Source: Gemmatimonadota bacterium
GTDB lineage: Bacteria; Gemmatimonadota; Gemmatimonadetes; Palauibacterales; Palauibacteraceae
Direction: 5' to 3'
Length of the DNA: 64,000 nt
Assembly (NCBI GenBank): GCA_965116475.1
Contig: OZ220691.1
Span: forward strand, 2,304,001-2,368,000
Below are positions 52,109-60,875 of this stretch, one piece after another. How positions within the stretch are numbered: position 1 is the first letter of the stretch; each line of letters begins with the position of its first letter. A model generated the notes under the pieces. It was not told the origin of the DNA and searched no databases. It worked only from the letters and a program-made list of their open reading frames with translations. Made by a program: the position numbers and the translations under genes.

Positions 52109-52821
52109 TTCGGCCGCTGGCGCAGCGCGAGCGCGCCCCCGCCGCCCGGCCCGTCCATGGCGAAGCAGTAGAAGCGGCCGTCGCCGCCCGTCCCGCGCAG
52201 ATCCTCGAGGCTGCAGCCCCGCGACCCGTGCGCCTCGTTCCACGACGTCGGGTTCTGTCCGCCGCCCGTGCGGTCGTGGTGTCCGACGAGCGCACTGCCC
52301 TCGCCGCTCGACATCCAGTTGCTGCACGTCGTGTCGCCGTCCGCGCCCGAGGCCATGCCGTTCATCAGGGTCCCGGTGAGGATGTCGTGCTGGTTCGGCT
52401 GGTCGCCCCGGCCGTTCACCTCATCGCCGTTCTCCGTGAGGATCGTGGCCTTGGTCAGGTTCGGGCCGTTGCTGTGCAGGTGTTCGACATCCCGGGCGAT
52501 CATCGTGCCCGCGTGGTTGAACCACGGCCCGTCGCCGATCCGGTCGCGCGCGTTCACGCCGCCCGTACCGGTGGTGCTGAGGTAGGCCCGCCACATGCGG
52601 TCGGGCAGTCCGGCCGCCTCGGCCAGCGTCCCGCAATACGCGTCCGCGCCCTCGAGACCGCCGAGGTCCGCGCCGTCCCCCGGATTCGAACTCGTGATGA
52701 AGAAGCTGATGTTCTCGTCCTGCGCCGCCACGGCGTTCGCGCCGAACGCGAGCAGGATGGCCGCGAGGCCCGCCGCGAGCCCCGCCGCGAGACCCATTGA
52801 CCTTTTCGTTCTCCAATTCAT
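52105..52821 (-). CDS. Secreted lectin-like (endostatin/NC10-like) protein
   Basis: RBS AGGAG; signal peptide; SFFITS, LGGLEGADAYC, WRAYLST, ARDRIG.GPW, HDILTG, GHHDR and FYCFA. Confidence 0.8.
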   Translation of the reverse strand: MNWRTKRSMGLAAGLAAGLAAILLAFGANAVAAQDENISFFITSSNPGDGADLGGLEGADAYCGTLAEAAGLPDRMWRAYLSTTGTGGVNARDRIGDGPWFNHAGTMIARDVEHLHSNGPNLTKATILTENGDEVNGRGDQPNQHDILTGTLMNGMASGADGDTTCSNWMSSGEGSALVGHHDRTGGGQNPTSWNEAHGSRGCSLEDLRGTGGDGRFYCFAMDGPGGGGALALRQRPN

Positions 52822-52877
52822 TGTCCAACTCCTGTGCCGGTCCCGTTTCCCGTACCCGCCCCACTCCCGCGTCCTGC

Positions 52878-53903
52878 TTACCGCCGAATGTACTTTCTCA
52901 TCTGTCGGGGGCCGACCTCGGCTCCGTAGAGGTTGCCGTGCGCGTCGACCGCGATCCCCTCGGCGCCGCTCGTGCCGGATGCGTCCTGGTTGGGCTCCGG
53001 ATCCGGGATGAAGGTCGTCACCCAGCCGGTCGCCGCGTCGCCGATGTAGATGCCGCGGAGCCACCCCTTGTTGCGGCGCGCGTTCGACTCGGAGTCCGTC
53101 GAGTAGAGGACGTCTTCCTCGTCGATGAACAGCCCGCTCGGCCGCCCGAACTGGTGCCAGGTCTCGAGGTGGTTCCCCTCCTGGTCGAAGACCTGGACAC
53201 GGCTGTTGCCGCGGTCGCCGACGAAGAGGCGTCCCTGCGAGTCCATGGCAAGCGCGTGCGGGTCGCGGAACTCTCCGTTCGCCGTGCCCGCGCGTCCCCA
53301 CTCCATGAGGAAGGTGCCATCGGGCGCGAACTTCACGATGCGGTTGTTGCCGCCCGCGTCGTGCCCGTCCGCGACGAAGATGCTGCCGTCGGGCGCGATG
53401 AGGATGTCCGACGGCTTGTTGAAGTGGTTCGGACCGTCTCCCGCGACGCCCTTCTCGCCCAGAACCATCAGGACCTCGCCCTCGGGGCTGAACTTGTAGA
53501 TCACGTGTCCCCAGCCCTCCGGTACCGGCGCGTATCCCACGGCATCGGCCACCCACACGCTGCCGTCCTCCTCGACGAACATTCCGTGCGGCCACGCGAT
53601 CAGTCCCGAACCGAAGCTCCGCACGACGTTCCCCTCGGTGTCGAAGAGCAGGATCGGGTCGACGTCGCTCTCGACGCACAGGTTCGCGCCGCACCGCTCA
53701 CCCACCCAGATGTGTTCGCCGTCCGGGGCCGGATAGACGGCGCTCGTCGCGCCCCAGTTGCGTCCATCGGGAAGCTGTCCCCAGCCGTCCACGGCCCTGT
53801 AGGGGTTCGGCGCCGTCAACTGCGCCGCGAGCGCATCGGCGCCCACAACGACTGCCGCGAGCGCGAGTGCCGCGCCGAGTCCGATTCGCCTTGTGCTGTG
53901 CAT
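52878..53903 (-). CDS. Secreted NHL-repeat protein, peptidyl-alpha-hydroxyglycine lyase-like family
   Basis: RBS AGGAGG; signal peptide; WPHGM, FNKPSD, ADGH, FRDPHAL and GDRGNSRVQVFD. Confidence 0.85.
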   Translation of the reverse strand: MHSTRRIGLGAALALAAVVVGADALAAQLTAPNPYRAVDGWGQLPDGRNWGATSAVYPAPDGEHIWVGERCGANLCVESDVDPILLFDTEGNVVRSFGSGLIAWPHGMFVEEDGSVWVADAVGYAPVPEGWGHVIYKFSPEGEVLMVLGEKGVAGDGPNHFNKPSDILIAPDGSIFVADGHDAGGNNRIVKFAPDGTFLMEWGRAGTANGEFRDPHALAMDSQGRLFVGDRGNSRVQVFDQEGNHLETWHQFGRPSGLFIDEEDVLYSTDSESNARRNKGWLRGIYIGDAATGWVTTFIPDPEPNQDASGTSGAEGIAVDAHGNLYGAEVGPRQMRKYIRR

Positions 53904-54022
53904 CCGTCCTCCTGTCCGTCCGGTCCGCGCCGTCCCCATCGCTGCCGAACCGAAAACGATGGGACGTCACCGGCAAAGCGGGCAAGTTGGGCAGGCGGCG
54001 CAACGGGGCCCGCCCGAAGGGG

Positions 54023-55462
54023 CTACTCCGCCAGGGCGGCCCGCCCGCCTCCTTTCGCCTTCGCGGCCAGCCGGCCGAACGGTCCGCTGATTGCCCACGC
54101 GGCGCCCACGACGATCAGCGCGAGCGCCCCCCAGCGCATGAGCGCGGCGGCGAGCGCTCCGTCGAAGGCGGGCCACGTGAAGCGGTAGGCCAGCAGGTCC
54201 GAGCCACGGTCCGTCATCCAGTGCCAGCCCGTGTGTGCGAGCAGCGCAGACCCGATGATCGTCCCCATCCGCTCCGCCACCACCTTGCGGAACAGCACTT
54301 CGACCACCGGAACGGCGACCGCGACCACGACGAGTTGTCCCAGCTCGACCCCCACGTTGAACGCGAGCAGGGAGGCGAGCAGGTGTCCGCCCGCGAACTG
54401 CAGCGACTCGCTGAGCGCGAACGAAAAGCCGAACCCGTGCACGAGCCCGAACCCGAACGCGAGCAGCCACCGCTTCCGGGGTTTTGCCCCGACGATGTTC
54501 TCGAGCGCCATGTAGACGATCGAGAGCGCGATGAGCGTCTCGATCAGGGGTGGAAACCAGAGGGCGCGCGGCGCGATCCCGAAGGCGGAGGCGATGAGCG
54601 TGATCGAGTGCGCGATCGTGAAAGACGTGATGACCGGCACCAGGCCCCAGAGCGTCCGCAGCGGGATGACGAGACAGAGGAGGAAGAGGAGGTGGTCGAT
54701 CCCGTCGAGGATGTGCGTGAAGCCGAGCGACACGAAGCGCAGCGCCGCCTGGTGCCAGCGGGGATCGAGCCGCACGAGTCCGGGGTCGCCGACGTACTGG
54801 AAGGCGCGCTCCGGGCGATCCGGGGGCCGCAGGCGCAGCACCGTGACCGTCCGCAGGCCGAGGTGCGCGAAACCCGGATCGATCGAGAAACGGGACTCGT
54901 CCGACGCGATATCGTACTCCAGCAGCACGTCGAGCAGCGCCTGCCGCCACGGGAGCTGCAATCCGGGATCGAGCGGCGGGTCGTCGAAGTGCGCCAGCGC
55001 CGTCTCGTAGCTGGCGAAGGACCGGTCCGAGGGGAGAGAGACGCGGGTCGCCACGATGCGGGGCGCCTCCAGGCGTCGATCCTCCTCGTAGAACGTCACG
55101 TAGTCGGCGAGCCAGAGTTGCGCCGCGTCGCGGAGGAACGGGCCCGCCGCCTCCAGGTCCAGATACCCGAGTCCGTACTGAGGGAACTCGATGTCCCGCA
55201 TCGCCTCGAGCGGCGCCCGCACGAGAAAACGGAGGCGGGATCCCTCCGGAGTGACGAAGGCCTGCACCGTGACGTCCGCCGGAATCTCGTGCGGCAGGGC
55301 GGCGACCGCCTCGGCCGCGCGATCCGCCGCCGTCCGCTCGGGTGCGCGATCCGGCGCCGCCCGCGCCGCGCCGGCCAGGCTCGTCAGACCGTAGAGCGCA
55401 AGCACGCACCCCGGCAGAAGCGCCGTGCGCCGCGTTGGACGCCGTGTGTACCCTCGTTTCAT
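54023..55462 (-). CDS. HupE/UreJ family membrane protein with soluble N-terminal domain
   Basis: HEIP after the signal peptide; GFTHILDGIDHLLFL, FTIAHSITL, FGLVHGFGF and FNVGVELGQ. Confidence 0.9.
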   Translation of the reverse strand: MKRGYTRRPTRRTALLPGCVLALYGLTSLAGAARAAPDRAPERTAADRAAEAVAALPHEIPADVTVQAFVTPEGSRLRFLVRAPLEAMRDIEFPQYGLGYLDLEAAGPFLRDAAQLWLADYVTFYEEDRRLEAPRIVATRVSLPSDRSFASYETALAHFDDPPLDPGLQLPWRQALLDVLLEYDIASDESRFSIDPGFAHLGLRTVTVLRLRPPDRPERAFQYVGDPGLVRLDPRWHQAALRFVSLGFTHILDGIDHLLFLLCLVIPLRTLWGLVPVITSFTIAHSITLIASAFGIAPRALWFPPLIETLIALSIVYMALENIVGAKPRKRWLLAFGFGLVHGFGFSFALSESLQFAGGHLLASLLAFNVGVELGQLVVVAVAVPVVEVLFRKVVAERMGTIIGSALLAHTGWHWMTDRGSDLLAYRFTWPAFDGALAAALMRWGALALIVVGAAWAISGPFGRLAAKAKGGGRAALAE

Positions 55463-55573
55463 CCCATCAGGATGGCGCGGCCGGCGCGCGCCGTCGACCC
55501 CGGCCGATCTCTGGACGAACGCGGATGGCATCTGTAGCGTGAATCCTACACCTATCCGCAAGGAGAGACGGCC

Positions 55574-56770
55574 ATGAACGGAAAGCGGCGAACCCTCATC
55601 TTCGGTATGGTCGCGGGCATCGCCCTCGCGCTGGCGTGCGGCCAGGCGGCCATGGACGACGGGGCCCAGGCCAGCGAGGGGCAGGGCGTCGAGGCGCCGA
55701 TGTTCGAGGTGGACCCGTTCTGGCCCAAACCGCTGCCGGACCACTGGGTGCTCGGCTCGGCCATCGGCGTGGGCGTGGACTCGCGCGACCACGTCTTCAT
55801 CGTGCACCGCGGCAACCTCACGGAACGCACCGAGGGCGGGGCCGATGCGGACCCGCCGATCGGCGAGTGCTGCCGGGCCGCGCCACCCGTGCTCGAGTTC
55901 GATCCCGAAGGAAACCTCGTCAACGCCTGGGGAGGACCGTCGGAAGACTACGTGTGGCCCGGCTCGAACCACGGGATCACCGTCGACCACATGGACAACC
56001 TGTGGATCGGCGGAAACGGGCCGAACGACACGCACATCCTGAAGTTCTCGCGCGATGGCGAGTTCCTCGCTTCGTACGGCGAGCCGGAAGCGGGGCCGGA
56101 ACCGGACAGCCACAGCGAGACGCGCTTCAACCGCGTGGCGAAGCTGGCGTTCGACGCCTCGGCCAACGAGGCCTACCTCGCGGACGGCTACGGCGGGCGC
56201 CGGGTTGCGGTGCTGGACGCTTCGACCGGCGCCTTCAAGCGCTACTGGGGCGCCTACGGCAACGCGCCCGACGACACGCGCACGCCGCCCTACGACCCGG
56301 ACGCGCCGCTCATCCAGCAGTTCCGCACCCCCGTGCACTGCGCCGAGCCGTCGCTCGACGGCCTCGTCTACGTGTGCGACCGCCCGAACGACCGGATCCA
56401 GGTCTTCCAGACGGATGGGACGTACGTGGATGAGGTGCGGATCGCGCCGCGCACGCTGGGCGACGGGTCGACGTGGGACATCGCCTTCTCGCGCGACGCG
56501 GACCAGAAGTACATGTACGTCGCCGACGGCAAGAACATGCGCGTCTACATCATGGACCGCGCCTCGCTCGAGATCCTGACCAGCTTCGGCGATGGCGGCC
56601 GGCAGCCGGGCCAGTTCTTCGCCGTCCACAGCATCGCGACGGACTCGAACGGCAACATCTACACGACGGAAACCTACGAAGGGAAGCGGGTCCAGAAGTT
56701 CGTGTACATGGGCACGGGCCCCGTGCCGGCCGAGCACCAGGGCCCGCCCTGGCCGCGCGGCGACCAGTAG
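55574..56770 (+). CDS. NHL-repeat PAL-like probable lipoprotein (copy 1)
   Basis: Lipobox-like LALAC; FEVDPFWPKPLP, ECC, NHGI, ADGYG, PVHC, CDR and VHSIA. Confidence 0.88.
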   Translation: MNGKRRTLIFGMVAGIALALACGQAAMDDGAQASEGQGVEAPMFEVDPFWPKPLPDHWVLGSAIGVGVDSRDHVFIVHRGNLTERTEGGADADPPIGECCRAAPPVLEFDPEGNLVNAWGGPSEDYVWPGSNHGITVDHMDNLWIGGNGPNDTHILKFSRDGEFLASYGEPEAGPEPDSHSETRFNRVAKLAFDASANEAYLADGYGGRRVAVLDASTGAFKRYWGAYGNAPDDTRTPPYDPDAPLIQQFRTPVHCAEPSLDGLVYVCDRPNDRIQVFQTDGTYVDEVRIAPRTLGDGSTWDIAFSRDADQKYMYVADGKNMRVYIMDRASLEILTSFGDGGRQPGQFFAVHSIATDSNGNIYTTETYEGKRVQKFVYMGTGPVPAEHQGPPWPRGDQ

Positions 56771-56820
56771 ACGGTAGACGACCGTTGGACCGGCGACTGG
56801 ACCAACGAGGAGGTACAGCC

Positions 56821-58041
56821 ATGAACGGCAAGCGGCGAACCCTCATCGGCGGCGCGACGGCCGGCGCTGTCATCGCGCTCGCCTGCGGACAGGCGGCGAT
56901 GGACGACGCGGGCTCGGCCGGCGCGAGCTTGGCCGACGGGGCGGGACAGGGCGTCGAGGCGCCGATGTTCGAGGTGGATCCGTTCTGGCCCAAACCGCTG
57001 CCGGAACACTGGCTCCTGGGTTCCACGGTCGGGGTCGGCGTGGACTCCCGCGACCACGTCTTCATCATCCATCGCCGCGCCTCGATCAACCCCGGGACGG
57101 AACTGGGGCTCGACGCGGATCCGCCGACCAGCGAATGCTGCCGGGCGGCCCCCGAAGTGCTCGTGTTCGATCCCGAGGGCAATCTCGTGAACTCGTGGGG
57201 AGGTCCCTCCGACGACTACGTGTGGCCCGAGTCGAACCACGGGATCACCATCGACCACATGGACAACGTGTGGATCGGCGGCAACGGGGCGAGCGACTCG
57301 CACATCCTCAAGTTCTCGCGCGATGGCGAGTTCCTCGCGTCGTACGGACAGCCGGCCCTGGGGCAGGAACCCGACAGCCACAGCGAGACGCGCTTCAACC
57401 GCGTGGCGAAGGTTGCCTTCGATGCGGAGGCCAACGAGGCGTACGTCGCCGATGGCTACGGCGGACGCCGCGTGGCGGTGCTCGACGCGTCGACCGGCGC
57501 CTTCAAGCGCTACTGGGGCGCGTACGGCAACGCGCCGGACGACACCCCGCCGCCCCTCTACGACCCGGACGCGCCCCCTTCGCAGCAGTTCCGGACGCCG
57601 GTGCACTGCGCCGACCCCTCGCTCGACGGCCTCATCTACGTCTGCGACCGCGCAAGCGACCGGATCCAGGTCTTCCAGCGGGACGGGACGTTCGTCGACG
57701 AGGCGATGATTGCGCCGCGCACGCTCGGCGCCGGTTCGACCTGGGACATCGCCTTCTCGCGCGATCCCGACCAGCGGTACATGTACGTCGCCGACGGATC
57801 GAACCACCGCGTCTACGTCATGGACCGGGCTTCGCTCGAGGTGCTGACGATGTTCGGCGACGGCGGCCGCCAGCCTGGGCAGTTCATCGGCGTCCACAGC
57901 GTCGCGACCGATTCGAGGGGCAACGTCTACACGACCGAGACGTACGACGGAAAGCGCATCCAGAAGTTCGTGTACATGGGCATGGGTCGCGTGCCGGCCG
58001 AGCAGGGCCCTCCGTGGCCCGACTCCGGGAGCGAGCCCTGA
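56821..58041 (+). CDS. NHL-repeat PAL-like probable lipoprotein (copy 2, tandem paralog)
   Basis: RBS GAGGAGG; same MNGKRRTLI start and motifs as copy 1, with long identical stretches. Confidence 0.88.
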   Translation: MNGKRRTLIGGATAGAVIALACGQAAMDDAGSAGASLADGAGQGVEAPMFEVDPFWPKPLPEHWLLGSTVGVGVDSRDHVFIIHRRASINPGTELGLDADPPTSECCRAAPEVLVFDPEGNLVNSWGGPSDDYVWPESNHGITIDHMDNVWIGGNGASDSHILKFSRDGEFLASYGQPALGQEPDSHSETRFNRVAKVAFDAEANEAYVADGYGGRRVAVLDASTGAFKRYWGAYGNAPDDTPPPLYDPDAPPSQQFRTPVHCADPSLDGLIYVCDRASDRIQVFQRDGTFVDEAMIAPRTLGAGSTWDIAFSRDPDQRYMYVADGSNHRVYVMDRASLEVLTMFGDGGRQPGQFIGVHSVATDSRGNVYTTETYDGKRIQKFVYMGMGRVPAEQGPPWPDSGSEP

Positions 58042-58048
58042 GCCAGCC

Positions 58049-58069
58049 CTGAGCCAAGCCCCGGCTCAG
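58049..58069. terminator. Hairpin at a convergent gene junction (possible terminator or stability element)
   Basis: CTGAGCC-AAGCCCC-GGCTCAG, preceded by an 11-bp tandem duplication AGCCCTGAGCC; no U-tract. Confidence 0.3.
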
Positions 58070-60687
58070 CCCGGGGAGACCTGCAGGCGTGCGTACAGGT
58101 AGCGGCCGTTGAATCCCATCGCCGAGAACGAGCGATAGGGGAAGATCCCTCCGAACGCGTCCACCCGCGTCGGGAAGGCGTCGAAGAGGTTCTCCCCGCC
58201 GACCGTGAGCCGCCACCCTCCCGCCACCTCGACGTGGACTCGCGCGTCGAAGGTGACCTTCGGTTCGAGGAGCCGGATCCGGTGGGGGTGCTCTCCCACG
58301 CCGAGCGCACGCAGTTCCTCCTGCGCCCCGTAGACGTTTGCCCCGAGGCCGACCTCGAACGCGCCGGATGTGAACGTCGTCCCGAACCTGCCGCGCCAGT
58401 CCGGGCGTCCCTCCTCGAGGAAGAAGACATCGAACCCGTCGTAGATCCTGAACGATTCGTCCCGCAACGCCTCGTTTTCATGCACGCAGGCCGCGATATC
58501 GCCGTCGGGGCAGCGCCCGCGCACCTGCCCCCAGCCGGCGGAGGCCCCGAGTTCGAGGCGTGAGGCGTCCGCGAGCCGCCACCCCCATGTGAGCCCCGCA
58601 TCGATGCCGTACGACCGCAGGTCGATCGCGTTGGTGAAGAAACGGACCGATTCCGCAGCGAAGCCCGCCAGCAGGTGCTCGACCAGGCCGCTGGCCCCGC
58701 TCGCCAACGGGTTGGAAAGGAGGATGGCGTCGTCGACGTCCGTCGCGTAGCCGTCGATCGTGAAGTGCAGGCCATCGGCCGGCGCGAGCGCGAACCCCGC
58801 GCTGACGGAGCGCGACCGCTCACCCCGCAGGGGCGAGGCGCCGACCGCCCCGGCCGCCGGAGCGTCCACCGGATACGTACCCGCCTCGAATCCGGCGATC
58901 GCGCCCGGCTCGTCCGGGTCCTCGCGCCGCCCCGCCGTGACGTGTCCGTAGCGCGACTGGCTCAGCGCGGGCGGCCGGAATCCGGTGGACACGCTCGCCC
59001 GGAAGGCGGCGGTTCCGGAGAGGGCCAGGCGCAGCCCGAGCTTCCCGTTCAGCGAGGTGCCGACGTCGCTGAAGCGCTCGTAGCGTCCCGTCGCGGAGAG
59101 CACGAGCGGCCGCGTGAGAGGCGCGTCTACGTCCGCGTGGAGGCTGAAGCTCGACCGGTACCAGATCCCGGCCTCCTCCGGCCGGAAACCGGTGAAGCGC
59201 TGGGAGCCCGCGGCCGCCACGCCGCCGCTCTGCGTCGGGTGGAAGCCGTCTACCCTCGACGCGGGTTCCCCCGCCAGGATCCGGTAGCCGTCGAGGCGGA
59301 ACGTCGCCCCGAGGGAGAGGCTCGCCGGGCCCGCGCCGAGTCCCGTCGCGATTCGGCGCCCGACGTCCGCGTTCGCGAGGAACTGAAGGTTCTCGAGGGC
59401 GCCCGTGGAGAACCGGGTCCGGTTCGGAATTCCGGGATCGTCCGCGGTCCCCGGGATCCCGTCGGCGCCGGGCGCGCACGCCGCTTCAAGGCAGGGCCCG
59501 AGCGACGGGTTGAGCGTGTCGAACAGGTCGTTGTCGATCCGGTTCGAGCCGTACTGGGTGCTCAGGTCCCAGCTCCAGCCGGCCTCCGCGCCGGGCTCGG
59601 CGCCGGCCTCGGAGTTTTCCTCGGAGCCGGTCTCGGGGCGGCGCCGGAAGCCGGTGACGAGAGACACGTCGCGTGTGTCGGCGTCGAAGTGCGGCAGGAA
59701 GCCGAGCGGATGGATCCCGGGCCAGTTGCGGTCGTCCATCGAGCGCACGAAGAAGCCCGCGTGCCGGTCCCGGCGCCGACTGTAGCCGCCGAAGGCGTAG
59801 AGTTCCGCGCCGCCGGGGCGGTCGCCCGCCGCCGCGAGGGGGAGTTCGAAGTTGGCGAACAACATGAAGTTCGAGGCCTCGCCGTCTCCCCACAGGTGGT
59901 TCGGCTGCGCGACCTCGTTGTGCTTCAGGATGACGAGACCCCGGTCGACGAAGTCGGCGTCCCCCGGGAGGATCTGGTCGCGGCCATCGGCGCCCGCGCG
60001 GTTCGTCGGTTCCCGCTGGCTGAACGCGCCCGTGAGGTTCAGGACGCCGCGACGGCCGATGCCCGCACCCCAGGTCCCCGAGAAGTCGTAGCGAAGCCCG
60101 TCGTCATCCCACTCGTCCGGAAAGTGGTGGCCGACGGAGGCGATGAACTCGGGTGCCGAGACCGCGTTCCGGAGGCGCAGGTCGATGACCCCCGCGATCG
60201 CGTCGGCGCCGTGCCGCGTCGTGCCCCCGTCGCGCGCGACCTCGACGCGGTCGATCGCCTGCAGCGGGAAGGCGTTCATGTCCACGCCGCTCGCGCCCGG
60301 AAAGGCGCCGGCGCCCAGCGTATGCACGACCGCCGTGGCGTGGCGGCGTTTCCCGTTCACGAGGACGAGCGTGTGGTCCGGCGACAGCCCACGCAGATGG
60401 AAGGGCCGAACGCCCGACGTGAGGTCCGCGACCTGCCGGCGCGGGAAGTAGGCGGAAGGCAGGAGTTCGCCGAGGGCCGAGGCGAGTTCCGCCTGTCCGG
60501 CCTCGAGAAGCTCCGCTCTCGAAAGAACTTCGAGGGTGTCCGGGGGTGTGCGACCCGACGGGCCGGTCTGCGCCTCGGCGGCCCGGGGCGCGGCGGTGGA
60601 GTACGTCGCGGCACCGGCGAGGAGCAGCGTCCCGAGGGCGAACCGCGCACCGTGCCTCCGTCCCCGTGAGATCGGCGTGTCGGTCAT
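58066..60687 (-). CDS. TonB-dependent receptor
   Basis: Signal peptide; LRGLSPDHTLVLVNGKRRH, IDRVEVARDG...GADAIAGVI, STGFRPP, GGENLFD and GFNGRYLY. Confidence 0.92.
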   Translation of the reverse strand: MTDTPISRGRRHGARFALGTLLLAGAATYSTAAPRAAEAQTGPSGRTPPDTLEVLSRAELLEAGQAELASALGELLPSAYFPRRQVADLTSGVRPFHLRGLSPDHTLVLVNGKRRHATAVVHTLGAGAFPGASGVDMNAFPLQAIDRVEVARDGGTTRHGADAIAGVIDLRLRNAVSAPEFIASVGHHFPDEWDDDGLRYDFSGTWGAGIGRRGVLNLTGAFSQREPTNRAGADGRDQILPGDADFVDRGLVILKHNEVAQPNHLWGDGEASNFMLFANFELPLAAAGDRPGGAELYAFGGYSRRRDRHAGFFVRSMDDRNWPGIHPLGFLPHFDADTRDVSLVTGFRRRPETGSEENSEAGAEPGAEAGWSWDLSTQYGSNRIDNDLFDTLNPSLGPCLEAACAPGADGIPGTADDPGIPNRTRFSTGALENLQFLANADVGRRIATGLGAGPASLSLGATFRLDGYRILAGEPASRVDGFHPTQSGGVAAAGSQRFTGFRPEEAGIWYRSSFSLHADVDAPLTRPLVLSATGRYERFSDVGTSLNGKLGLRLALSGTAAFRASVSTGFRPPALSQSRYGHVTAGRREDPDEPGAIAGFEAGTYPVDAPAAGAVGASPLRGERSRSVSAGFALAPADGLHFTIDGYATDVDDAILLSNPLASGASGLVEHLLAGFAAESVRFFTNAIDLRSYGIDAGLTWGWRLADASRLELGASAGWGQVRGRCPDGDIAACVHENEALRDESFRIYDGFDVFFLEEGRPDWRGRFGTTFTSGAFEVGLGANVYGAQEELRALGVGEHPHRIRLLEPKVTFDARVHVEVAGGWRLTVGGENLFDAFPTRVDAFGGIFPYRSFSAMGFNGRYLYARLQVSPG

Positions 60688-60875
60688 CCAGCATGTTCAC
60701 ACGCGCGCGCGCCGGGCGCCAACACGCGGCGTCGGACCCGGGTGGCGGCGGCATCCGCCCTCCCGCGCTGTACGGCGCGCGGGCCAGGCGCGAGATTCGA
60801 GGCTCGGCCGCACCGGACGACTCCCGAAGGAACCGGCAACCCGTGGCAGAATCCCGCATGGCCCGACCCCGACCG

